Assembly: GCA_024711295.1 (NCBI GenBank)
Contig: JANJTB010000033.1
Coordinates: 76,617 to 140,616 of the forward strand
DNA: 64,000 nt
Direction: 5' to 3'
From: a bacterium
GTDB taxonomy: Bacteria; Bacteroidota; Ignavibacteria; Kapaibacteriales; UBA2268
The notes under the pieces are model-generated. The model had not been told where the DNA came from and did no database searches. It saw only the letters and a program-made list of their open reading frames with translations. Position numbers and translations under genes: made by a program. This document shows, in pieces, positions 46,558 through 55,535 of this stretch. How positions within the stretch are numbered: the stretch's first letter is position 1; every line of letters starts with the position of its first letter.

Positions 46558-48765
46558 CTAAAAGAAGTTTGTTAAATATTCACTTGCCTCTTTATTACCT
46601 AATCTTGCAGCTTCCTTTAAATCGTCTTCAGCAGAAGCATTCATATCCATCTGCAGCTTTGTAATTGCTCTTTTAAGCAAATAATTACTTTCTTTGGGAT
46701 TTATCTTTACAGCTTCGTCAAAATCTTTAAGAGCTGCTTCAAAGTTCTTCAAATTATACCAGGTGCTGGCCCTGATAGCCCAATATTTATCACTTTTTGG
46801 GTTTAATTTGATAGCATAATCAAAATCAGCTAAAGCTTTATCAAATTCTTTAAGATTAAATCTTGTTTCTCCTCTTTGATAATATTCCTCCGAGCTTTTT
46901 GGATTAAGCTTGATTGCCATATCATAGTCTGCAATTGCACCTTTTAGGTCACCTAATTTAACCTTTAGTGCTGCACGGTTATGATATGCAAAAAATGATT
47001 CCGGGCTAAGTTCGATTACTTTATTAAAATCATTAATAGCTTGGCTGTAACTTCCAAGCTCGAAGTTTACAACACCTCTTCTGGTATATGCTACTTCATC
47101 CTTAGGATTAAGTTCGATAGCCCTGTTCAACTCTAACAAAGCACCCTTCATGTCGCCAAGTCTTACCTTTTCGTTACCGCGAGCTATCGCATAAATATCA
47201 TTATCAATAAATTTCTCTTTAATACTCTCAAGCTCATCATACTTCCTGTTAATGAACTCAGGAATATTGGCTGCTCGGTTTTTTATTAACATATTTTCGA
47301 GTAATACCGGTGGATAATCATTACCCTGCTCGTCAATATAAGTAAGATAAAGCTGAGTATAAGGACCACCAGCTTTTGAGCTGAAAACCATCCACTTACC
47401 ATTTGGAGACCATGAGTGCCATGAGTTCATAGTGCCTAAATTATTACAATTCATTAGTCTAGGAGTACCTCCTTGCGAGGGTATTATATAAAGTTTGGCA
47501 TCAGGCTGCAAAAGCATAAAATTTTCTGATTGGCAAAATACAATCCATTTTCCGTCAGGAGAATATTTTGGAAAAAAGTTGCTCATGCCATTATTAGATG
47601 CACCCAACAGCGGTTTAGCTTCCCCACCTTTACCATCATTAAAAGGAACATGATAAATATCGTATTTATAATCTTGTTTGCCCTCAATGAAGTCCTTTGC
47701 GAGCTCAACAGGCAAAATAGCTTCCTTAAAACTTTCTGAGTCAGGGATCTTGTATAAAGGAGATTTAGTAAAAAGCACACTTTTACCATCAGGGCTCCAT
47801 GTTGGATTACTTTGGCAAATATTTGGATTATCTGCCCCAGGTAAAGCATTAAATTGTTTAGTTTCATTATTATAAGATGCAATTATACCTTTGACAGGAA
47901 AAAACAGCTGCGAGTAGTCCAGGTTTTCAATTCTGACAAATACTGAGCGATCTTTAACTGTACTTAAAACATGCTTACCATCAGGTGAAATCTGAGATAA
48001 CAGACCAAAAGTAAGTTCTTCATCATCTCTTTTATAATCGCTCCACGTTATTATTTTATCAAATGTTACGTCAGTATTTTTAGTAAATGGAGATATAAAG
48101 TATGAACCTTTATCATTTGCATAATCCACATCCATACTGATATGCTTTGCATCTCTTGAAAATGAATGACAGTTGCCACAAACCGGAAAATTTGATAATA
48201 GAATTTTCGGTTGATGGTAACTTGAAATGCTTCCCAATCTCCAACTAATAGTTGACAAATTATCAACTGCATAACTAAATGGTAATGGTACTGCTCTAAA
48301 GAAAATTGTTGCTCCGACTGAATCTTTCGATATTTTGATTTTTGTACTACCTGAGTTATAAATTCTACCATTTTCTTTAGAATTTATGCTTACAATGCTA
48401 ACGGTAATATCTTTACCAAAAGAGGCACTCTTGATTTCTTCCCACGATGATGAATCGGGCTTCCAGAAATTATCTCTTATAAACTCAGAGACAAATATGA
48501 CCTCTTTCTTATCCTGAAAAACTGCAATCCACTCATCATTATCTGAATCGGAATCTTTCCATCTGAAAGTAGGTGATGCTATCTCAGGCGGAAAAACAGT
48601 ATTTTCTTTAGGATAATTTATAACAATCTCATTGTTTGTGCCAGCTCTCAAGAAGTTGTCAACATATTCAGAAGTATTATCTGAACTATCAGAATAAAGC
48701 AAAAAATAGGCTGAAGTTCCTAAAGCTATTGTAATTAAACCAATTATAATATATTTAAATGACAT
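46558..48765 (-). CDS. Membrane-anchored PD40 beta-propeller / TPR protein with one CXXCH motif
   Basis: N-terminal TM IIIGLITIALGTSAYFLL. CGNCH at 48166-48180. PD40-like blades (SPDGKHVLS, SPDGKSVLF, SPDGKWIVF, SPNGKWMVF). Six or more C-terminal TPRs. Confidence 0.65.
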   Translation of the reverse strand: MSFKYIIIGLITIALGTSAYFLLYSDSSDNTSEYVDNFLRAGTNNEIVINYPKENTVFPPEIASPTFRWKDSDSDNDEWIAVFQDKKEVIFVSEFIRDNFWKPDSSSWEEIKSASFGKDITVSIVSINSKENGRIYNSGSTKIKISKDSVGATIFFRAVPLPFSYAVDNLSTISWRLGSISSYHQPKILLSNFPVCGNCHSFSRDAKHISMDVDYANDKGSYFISPFTKNTDVTFDKIITWSDYKRDDEELTFGLLSQISPDGKHVLSTVKDRSVFVRIENLDYSQLFFPVKGIIASYNNETKQFNALPGADNPNICQSNPTWSPDGKSVLFTKSPLYKIPDSESFKEAILPVELAKDFIEGKQDYKYDIYHVPFNDGKGGEAKPLLGASNNGMSNFFPKYSPDGKWIVFCQSENFMLLQPDAKLYIIPSQGGTPRLMNCNNLGTMNSWHSWSPNGKWMVFSSKAGGPYTQLYLTYIDEQGNDYPPVLLENMLIKNRAANIPEFINRKYDELESIKEKFIDNDIYAIARGNEKVRLGDMKGALLELNRAIELNPKDEVAYTRRGVVNFELGSYSQAINDFNKVIELSPESFFAYHNRAALKVKLGDLKGAIADYDMAIKLNPKSSEEYYQRGETRFNLKEFDKALADFDYAIKLNPKSDKYWAIRASTWYNLKNFEAALKDFDEAVKINPKESNYLLKRAITKLQMDMNASAEDDLKEAARLGNKEASEYLTNFF

Positions 48766-48849
48766 TTGGTAATCTCCACGAGTTCGGAAATCTAAGTACT
48801 AAAATAAGCAAAAAATATCAAAATCTAAAGTCAATTCAATGTGAATAAT

Positions 48850-49710
48850 CTATCTTATTTCCATGTGTATTTCAGCAGCCTTGACACTATGTGTTATTGC
48901 ACCAATAGAAACCGCATTAATTCCTGTAGCGACATAATCCTTAAGAGTATGGATTGTAATACCACCTGAAGATTCCACAAATATGTTATTTCCATTTGTG
49001 TAGGAGCGAATTAATTTAACAGCTTCCACTGTTTGAGTCGGGTTCATATTATCAAGCAAAAATCCATCTACTCCTATTTCCATAGATTGCTTTATCTGTT
49101 CAAGGTTCTCAACCTCTATCTCTATTGGTAAATTTAATTTCAAATTCTTAATACCCTTTAATGCATTCGATATGGAGCCGGCAGATGCAATATGATTATC
49201 CTTTATCAAAATACCTGAAGAAAGATCTAGACGATGATTATATCCACCACCAACGGCAACAGCATACTTTTCGAAAAGTCGAAGACCTGGAGTTGTTTTT
49301 CTAGTATCAAGGATTTTAACATTGTAAGGTTTAGCAATGCCAACGTACTTTGAAGTTAATGAACTTATTGCAGACAATCTCTGAATTAAATTAAGTATAA
49401 TTCTTTCCTTAGTAAGTAATTCTCTTGCAGGACCATCTATATCTGCAATGATACAACCTGCATTGATCTCATCACCATCACTCACATACATCTTTACATC
49501 TGTATTTTCACCAAAAAATGCCGGAATTATTTGCTCACCTGAAAAACAAATATCAGACTGAGCTTCAATAAATGCTGCACAGCGAGCAGATTCAGGTATA
49601 GTTCCAATTGAGGTAAAGTCACCTAAAGGAGAGTCTTCCAAAAGATAATCATTAATTTTCGATTTGATATAATCTTCAGGTAATTTTAAATATCTTGGGT
49701 ATTCAATCAT
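48850..49710 (-). CDS. nadC: Nicotinate-nucleotide pyrophosphorylase (carboxylating)
   Basis: 286 aa. ILDTRKTTPGLRLFEKYAVAVGGGYNHRLDLSSGILIKDNH. Adjacent to nadA. Confidence 0.85.
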   Translation of the reverse strand: MIEYPRYLKLPEDYIKSKINDYLLEDSPLGDFTSIGTIPESARCAAFIEAQSDICFSGEQIIPAFFGENTDVKMYVSDGDEINAGCIIADIDGPARELLTKERIILNLIQRLSAISSLTSKYVGIAKPYNVKILDTRKTTPGLRLFEKYAVAVGGGYNHRLDLSSGILIKDNHIASAGSISNALKGIKNLKLNLPIEIEVENLEQIKQSMEIGVDGFLLDNMNPTQTVEAVKLIRSYTNGNNIFVESSGGITIHTLKDYVATGINAVSIGAITHSVKAAEIHMEIR

Positions 49711-49722
49711 TTTTTTTTCAAT

Positions 49723-50646
49723 TTATTTACTTAATTCTAACATTTTTTCAAGTGGTATAGCAGCATTTTTTATTAAATCATCTCTCATCAAAATTTGTGG
49801 TTCAAGATTTTCTAATGCGTCCACCATTTTCTGTAAAGTATTTTTTCTCATGTATGGACATTCATTACAAGCGCAACCTCCGATACTACCTACGGGAATA
49901 AATTCTTTTTCAGGAGCATTCTTCTTCATCTGATGTATTACACCGGGTTCTGTAAGAATGATAAATTGACTTTCAGACCTTTTGTTAGCTTCAGCTATTA
50001 TACCTGTTGTAGAACCAATAAAATCAGCATAAGCTAAAATATTCTCAGGACATTCAGGATGAGCTAAAACATCTGCATCCGGATATTTTGCCATCAGATT
50101 TATTACTTCAGTTTCGGAAAAGATTTCGTGAACCTGGCAGGAACCATCCCAAATAACCATGTCTCTACCTGTTTTTTTAGATATAAAAGAGCCAAGGTAC
50201 TTATCAGGGGCAAAACATATTTTTTTTTCTGCCGGGATTGAATTTATAATCTTTTCAGCATTAGATGAAGTACAAATCAGATCGGACATAGCTTTTACTT
50301 CTGCTGTACAATTAATATATGATACAACAACGTGATCGGGATGTTCATTCTTCCACTGTAGGAACTTATCTGCTGGAGCAGAGTCTGCCAATGAGCAACC
50401 GGCCTCCATGTCTGGAATGATTACAATTTTATCAGGATTAAGAATCTTTGCGGTTTCGGCCATGAAGTGTACACCACAAAACAATATAACATCAGCATTT
50501 GTATTTTTTGCTGCTTGCGCTAGAGCAAGAGAATCACCCATGAAATCAGCTAAATCCTGAATTTCAGGATCCTGATAATAATGAGCTAAAATAACGGCAT
50601 TTCTTTCCTTTTTCAGGCGAAATAATTTATCTTTCAGATTTTCCAT
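49723..50646 (-). CDS. nadA: Quinolinate synthase
   Basis: 307 aa. AVILAHYYQ, FCGVHFMAETAKIL, cluster cysteines (EAGCSLADS, GSCQVHE, GGCACNECPYM). Confidence 0.9.
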   Translation of the reverse strand: MENLKDKLFRLKKERNAVILAHYYQDPEIQDLADFMGDSLALAQAAKNTNADVILFCGVHFMAETAKILNPDKIVIIPDMEAGCSLADSAPADKFLQWKNEHPDHVVVSYINCTAEVKAMSDLICTSSNAEKIINSIPAEKKICFAPDKYLGSFISKKTGRDMVIWDGSCQVHEIFSETEVINLMAKYPDADVLAHPECPENILAYADFIGSTTGIIAEANKRSESQFIILTEPGVIHQMKKNAPEKEFIPVGSIGGCACNECPYMRKNTLQKMVDALENLEPQILMRDDLIKNAAIPLEKMLELSK

Positions 50647-50773
50647 GATATTTCAATATTTCTTAAATAATTCTTATTCGATATATAATGAATATTATTG
50701 TTAAGCTTAAAAAAATAAGCCCCCAAAAAAAGATCGAGGGCTTTCATAAATATCACTTTGGGTATTAAAATAA

Positions 50774-52117
50774 CTATTTTGCAGTGATAACTATCTCTGT
50801 TCTTCTGTTTAGTCGTCTTCCAAACTCTGTTTTATTCGATGCTAGTGGCTTTTTCTTACCATATCCTATAGTTTGAATCCTCGATGATGATATCCCCTGC
50901 TTTACCAAATAGCTTTTAACACTTTCTGCTCTGAGCAAAGATAAATCATCATTCAATACATCACTACCTTTAGAATCCGTATGCCCCTCGATTAAGATAT
51001 TAATATTCGGTTTAGCTGCCATAAAGTCCGATAAAATGTTAAGCTCTCTGACAACATCAGGTAAAGTAGCACTAGCAGTCGAAAACAGCAGATTTTCAAT
51101 AATTAATTTTCTTCCAAGTTCAACTATTGGGATTGTTTTTTTAATCAGCTGATTTTTATCTGAAGAAAACAATGCAATTTCTATTGAATCAGGAACTGTT
51201 TCCTGATCAGACATATAAACCAGATTAAATAAGTTTGTCAACTGATTGGAGAAATTATCCAGAATAGTTGAAAATGGATAATCTATATCATAGAAAGTGC
51301 CTCTCGTTTTACTAGACATCAATTTGTAGTTAACCAATTTTGGAGGTACAATCGAGAATAATCTTAAATCATATTTTTGCATCATTTCTGTTGAGCTCTG
51401 AGTGGTTTGGTCGGTAACACCATACCCATCTTCACCTCTTTGATGATATGGAGCGTCAGTGATAATAACTGCAACTTTATTTGCTTCTCTCCGCCATTGG
51501 ATTTGTTTGCATGCTGCTTCGATTGCTTCAAGAGCATTTTCCTTTTCGTCCCCACCACCTTTTGCTCTAACGGGACTAATCCAATTAAGAAAATCTGAAA
51601 CATTTGAAGTAGGGTTATAAACTTTTTCAATATCATCCGAAAAAAGTATTAATCCAATCCTGTAATCAATTCCTCTTTTTACTAATGATTGGGTAAAATT
51701 TACAATATTTGATTTAATTGAGTTGATTTGTGGCTGCATCGAACCTGTGACATCCATCAATACAACAAAATCAACAGGTATATTGTCAGCTGCAGGAATT
51801 TTCTCAACAGACATTACTTTTTTTTCTACGCTATTTTCGAAGACATAAAGATTATCAGCACTTAATGTATCTAAGGGATCGCCCAATTTATTATAAGCCT
51901 CAATCATTATCTTTATCATTGGGAACTTCGAAATATCTACACTTCGGACAGTAATTTCAATTTCCCTTTTCGAGGACTGTACTTTTGCATCCTGTAGAAT
52001 TTCTTTTGCTCTTTGTAAGGTGTCAATTTGATTATTCGAAGCAAACCGGATGCTTTGCGAATAAGCAAATAGTCCTGTAATCATCGTAAGTAATAATATT
52101 AAACCTAACTTTTTCAT
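50774..52117 (-). CDS. Secreted vWA-domain protein with a C-terminal OmpA peptidoglycan-binding domain
   Basis: Signal peptide MKKLGLILLLTMITGLFAYSQ. vWA MIDAS block DFVVLMDVTGSM. OmpA-C ILIEGHTDSKGSDVLNDDLSLLRAESV and NRRTEIVI. Confidence 0.8.
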   Translation of the reverse strand: MKKLGLILLLTMITGLFAYSQSIRFASNNQIDTLQRAKEILQDAKVQSSKREIEITVRSVDISKFPMIKIMIEAYNKLGDPLDTLSADNLYVFENSVEKKVMSVEKIPAADNIPVDFVVLMDVTGSMQPQINSIKSNIVNFTQSLVKRGIDYRIGLILFSDDIEKVYNPTSNVSDFLNWISPVRAKGGGDEKENALEAIEAACKQIQWRREANKVAVIITDAPYHQRGEDGYGVTDQTTQSSTEMMQKYDLRLFSIVPPKLVNYKLMSSKTRGTFYDIDYPFSTILDNFSNQLTNLFNLVYMSDQETVPDSIEIALFSSDKNQLIKKTIPIVELGRKLIIENLLFSTASATLPDVVRELNILSDFMAAKPNINILIEGHTDSKGSDVLNDDLSLLRAESVKSYLVKQGISSSRIQTIGYGKKKPLASNKTEFGRRLNRRTEIVITAK

Positions 52118-52200
52118 ATATTTATTTTATTAATTTTTCCTCTATGCTACATCTGACAAGTCAGAAATAATCCTTTTTGGATTATATATAAATTGATAAC

Positions 52201-52240
52201 ATCCCCTTTAGCAATAAAAGTTTATGCCAAAGGGGATGTT
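52201..52240 (-). terminator. Hairpin in the 139-nt spacer between the third and fourth genes of the envelope operon (attenuator or partial terminator?)
   Basis: CATCCCCTTT (52201-52210) pairs with AAAGGGGATG (52231-52240). This is the most G+C-rich stem in a very AT-rich spacer. The downstream minus-strand sequence is only moderately T-rich. Confidence 0.35.
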
Positions 52241-52256
52241 TCATAGTAATTAAACC

Positions 52257-53723
52257 TTATATAGTAAGACGTAATACAGGCGAAATCATAAAGAAGTTCT
52301 TTACTTCAAATGGGCGTGCATCACGTAACGGTGTTGAATATTTTCCTTCAAGATATAACCAATTTCCTAACAAAGGCAGATATAACCTTCCTAAAAATAT
52401 TTGATTAGAAATCTGAACACTTGCTCCAAATGGGAAAGCAGCCTGGCTACGGTATTCAAGTTTGAAATGAATCCATTCTGCAATATCTTCTGGTTTGTAG
52501 CTCTTTAGATTTCTTACATTCATAGTGGTCATTCTTGTTTCTTCGCCAGTTGCAACAGGTTCCTGATAAACGCCTGTTTCAACAACTTCAGAGTAGTTGA
52601 TACCTAAATCAAAACGGAAATAGTTTTCTGGATTCTTCTTATCCAGCCACCAATGGTAAAAAGCAGTTATTTGACCTGTAGCACGCAATAAATGAGCTAC
52701 ATGATTAATTCTGAATGTACGTGGGTCATTGATATCAAATTCAATTTCTCTGCCTAATTGCTCAGTCGGTATCATAGCATAAGTGCCAATATCAATAGTT
52801 TCTGTTTCTACTTTTCTCAGAGGTAATTCTAAGTTAAGAGACAGACCGGCTTCTGGCATAAACCATGCATGTACATCTGTACCAAAAACAATTTTCCCAC
52901 CTGGACCAGCATTCAATAATCTGTTTGGAATCCAGCTCATCAATGAATTATCATTGTCAAGACCTGTTTGAATTCTATAACCACCGCCAAGGTAAGCGTT
53001 AATTAAGTATGGAATACCTTTACGAGTCTGAGGATCTTTGTTTATGTATAGTGGTCTCTGCAATAATATCTTACTTTCGCCTGCAGTCCAGAATGGATAA
53101 CCAACCTGATCAGTACCCATTATCGAGCGAATCCAAAATCCACTTTCTCCGACTTTAAGAGCTTGTTCGAATAATGAAAGTGAGAAAGCGTGGTCAACAT
53201 TTGTTGGTCTTTCGATATAGTCAACAATTATGTCAGCTTGCGAAGGTGTAACCGGCATTTCTCTAGGTATATCCGAAAAACAATAATCTCTTCTTGACTG
53301 TCTTGTTTCCCAAGGCATACCTCTATCTAAACCCTGATAAACGTATTCGCCATTTAAGAACCCGATGATAGTGCTGCTCATAACCTCAGAGATTTGAACG
53401 GCATTCATTGATTCTTTACCGCATGTAATCGAAAGAATTTCGAAAGGTTCGTCCTGATATTCTTTAGGAGATGCTAAAATTTCAATATCTTCACGACTTA
53501 AATTATCTTTTTTGAAGCCTTTGTAAACAAAAGCGGAATAAATTTGAGCCATTAAATCAGGCTCGCATACTTTCCATCTCGGAAAGTAAGATACAATTTC
53601 AGGGTCAATCGTTGTAAGCGAATCTAGTATGCCCTGTCTGTCAATTGCCTGTGACTTGAGCTCCGGTGCGTTAAAACCGAAATAAACTGTCGCAAAAATT
53701 AATATAACTAAATATTTTTTCAT
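52257..53723 (-). CDS. Hypothetical secreted protein, C-terminal beta-barrel-like module (paralogous to the C-terminus of 53762-55483)
   Basis: Signal peptide MKKYLVILIFATVYFGFNAPELKSQ. C-terminal block FPFGASVQISNQIFLGRLYLPLLGNWLYLEGKYS...FEVKNFFMISPVLRLTI aligns with the neighbouring gene product. No family recognised. Confidence 0.5.
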   Translation of the reverse strand: MKKYLVILIFATVYFGFNAPELKSQAIDRQGILDSLTTIDPEIVSYFPRWKVCEPDLMAQIYSAFVYKGFKKDNLSREDIEILASPKEYQDEPFEILSITCGKESMNAVQISEVMSSTIIGFLNGEYVYQGLDRGMPWETRQSRRDYCFSDIPREMPVTPSQADIIVDYIERPTNVDHAFSLSLFEQALKVGESGFWIRSIMGTDQVGYPFWTAGESKILLQRPLYINKDPQTRKGIPYLINAYLGGGYRIQTGLDNDNSLMSWIPNRLLNAGPGGKIVFGTDVHAWFMPEAGLSLNLELPLRKVETETIDIGTYAMIPTEQLGREIEFDINDPRTFRINHVAHLLRATGQITAFYHWWLDKKNPENYFRFDLGINYSEVVETGVYQEPVATGEETRMTTMNVRNLKSYKPEDIAEWIHFKLEYRSQAAFPFGASVQISNQIFLGRLYLPLLGNWLYLEGKYSTPLRDARPFEVKNFFMISPVLRLTI

Positions 53724-53761
53724 AGCTTATCTTTAAATATTTTCAACTTCTAAATTATTAA

Positions 53762-55483
53762 TTAAAAATTAACGATGAATCTTGCCATAGGCATAAATAC
53801 GCTCTTGTTTTCCCATTCTCTCGGCTCGCTTGCAAAAGCTTTGAAATAGCCTTTCGCATCAAGTCTTAAAGAGAAAGTATTCTTTACTAATGGTACCTGT
53901 AACCAAATATTGGTATAAATACCTTCATCGAAGTATTGAGCGGACATACCAAAAGGAGTAGCAACATTTCGTGCCATAAATTCTACACGACCTGAAATAC
54001 CACCGATAGCTTCATCATCAAGGCGTTCGAAACTGATTGAATTTCTTCTTGTATTTGGGTCTTCCACGGAGCGATTATACCATCTTTCAATTCCGTAAAT
54101 AGTACCGCCAAGTCCGAAACGCAATAAATAATTATCGTCGATAAATACGCCGAATGTATAATGCAATTGAGCATTGTATCTAATCATAAAGTCATTATCT
54201 TTAGTATTAGTTACATAAGAATCAGGGTCTAAATTTTTCTGTGTTAATGGTCCAACCTCAGCATCGCCGAGTATATAAGCAAAACTGGCATTAAAAATAC
54301 CACTCTTAGGAATTACGGCAATCGGGAAATCTGCCTCTCCTGTGATACCTACACCGCCATAAGTTAACTTACGGTCAACACCATACAAATCTTTGCTTAA
54401 AGATGACCAACCGTTTGTAGGCAATACTAATCCGAGTTTCACTCCTCCCCAGATAGCATTTACAGAAAGTCTCTCGCTCCAGAATGATGGGTAATTAATC
54501 GCTTCAGCACCATATTTTAACTCAATACCATACTTTGGCAAGTCACCGTTTGTAACTCTGGAAAGTGTGTCAGAAACTCCATCACTGTAAGTCATCATTG
54601 GATAGTCATAGGCTCTCCAGCTGATTAAATCAGGACTAACTATAACCTCATTAAATTTATCAGTTATTTCCAGTGCCTGACCTTCGGCTATTCTCTTGAA
54701 CAATTGAATATCATAAGAGCTTACTGTTCCCTCTTTGTTTAGGATTGACTTTGTAACACCGGCTTTAGCAGGGAAGAAAGATATTAATGTACCAATACCT
54801 TGTGCTTCGAGAGTTTTGTCCTCAACGTTACCCTGCATAAATGAATTCATCACCAAATCATAAAGATTATCTGCTCTGTAATCAGTTGGATTAAGAGCCA
54901 ATTCCTTCATTTCAGGATTAGTGAAAATTAGATTTGCAGCTTTATTGTCAAGGTTTCTTTTTAAAGAAGTAGAACCCTCATAGTCAATAATCATTGCAAT
55001 CAAATTATGTGGTGTAAGAGCATCCTGTTCTTTACGTGTTGTAACAACGTAAACATTTTGGATTCTCTTAACATCACCACGTGGTTTGTAATAAGTATAA
55101 ATACCTTCAATATTCGCTGGAATTTCGAGACCTCTACCAACCAAAGCTCTTTGCACAGCTGATAATGAAGCGTTATTTTTTGCTTCTCTTTCGATTATGC
55201 TGAGAGTAGTCGCATCAACACCCTGAATAACAGAAGCGTCAGATTTAACGACTTCTCCACCATCGCCGGAGGCAGCATCTTTCTCTCTGATAATCTTATT
55301 TACATCATTTATATTCTTAAGTCTATAAACCGACACCAACGAAAATCTGTAATTTTTGTAACTACTAAGAATATTTTCCAATTTCATTCTGAATGACTGG
55401 TCACCCTGAGCGGAAACCAGGACAGGTAAAAGAATTGAAATTAAAACAGTATAAACTACTAACTTAATTATTTTCTTAAACAT
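53762..55483 (-). CDS. Hypothetical outer-membrane protein (signal peptide, beta-barrel-like C-terminal half)
   Basis: Signal peptide MFKKIIKLVVYTVLISILLPVLVSAQ. C-terminal half has alternating-strand character and ends TPFGMSAQYFDEGIYTNIWLQVPLVKNTFSLRLDAKGYF...FMPMARFIVNF (terminal F). No family recognised. Confidence 0.5.
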   Translation of the reverse strand: MFKKIIKLVVYTVLISILLPVLVSAQGDQSFRMKLENILSSYKNYRFSLVSVYRLKNINDVNKIIREKDAASGDGGEVVKSDASVIQGVDATTLSIIEREAKNNASLSAVQRALVGRGLEIPANIEGIYTYYKPRGDVKRIQNVYVVTTRKEQDALTPHNLIAMIIDYEGSTSLKRNLDNKAANLIFTNPEMKELALNPTDYRADNLYDLVMNSFMQGNVEDKTLEAQGIGTLISFFPAKAGVTKSILNKEGTVSSYDIQLFKRIAEGQALEITDKFNEVIVSPDLISWRAYDYPMMTYSDGVSDTLSRVTNGDLPKYGIELKYGAEAINYPSFWSERLSVNAIWGGVKLGLVLPTNGWSSLSKDLYGVDRKLTYGGVGITGEADFPIAVIPKSGIFNASFAYILGDAEVGPLTQKNLDPDSYVTNTKDNDFMIRYNAQLHYTFGVFIDDNYLLRFGLGGTIYGIERWYNRSVEDPNTRRNSISFERLDDEAIGGISGRVEFMARNVATPFGMSAQYFDEGIYTNIWLQVPLVKNTFSLRLDAKGYFKAFASEPREWENKSVFMPMARFIVNF

Positions 55484-55535
55484 TTCTAAATCCTTACACT
55501 TAGATTATAATTAATTATCAATATTATAAAATATA

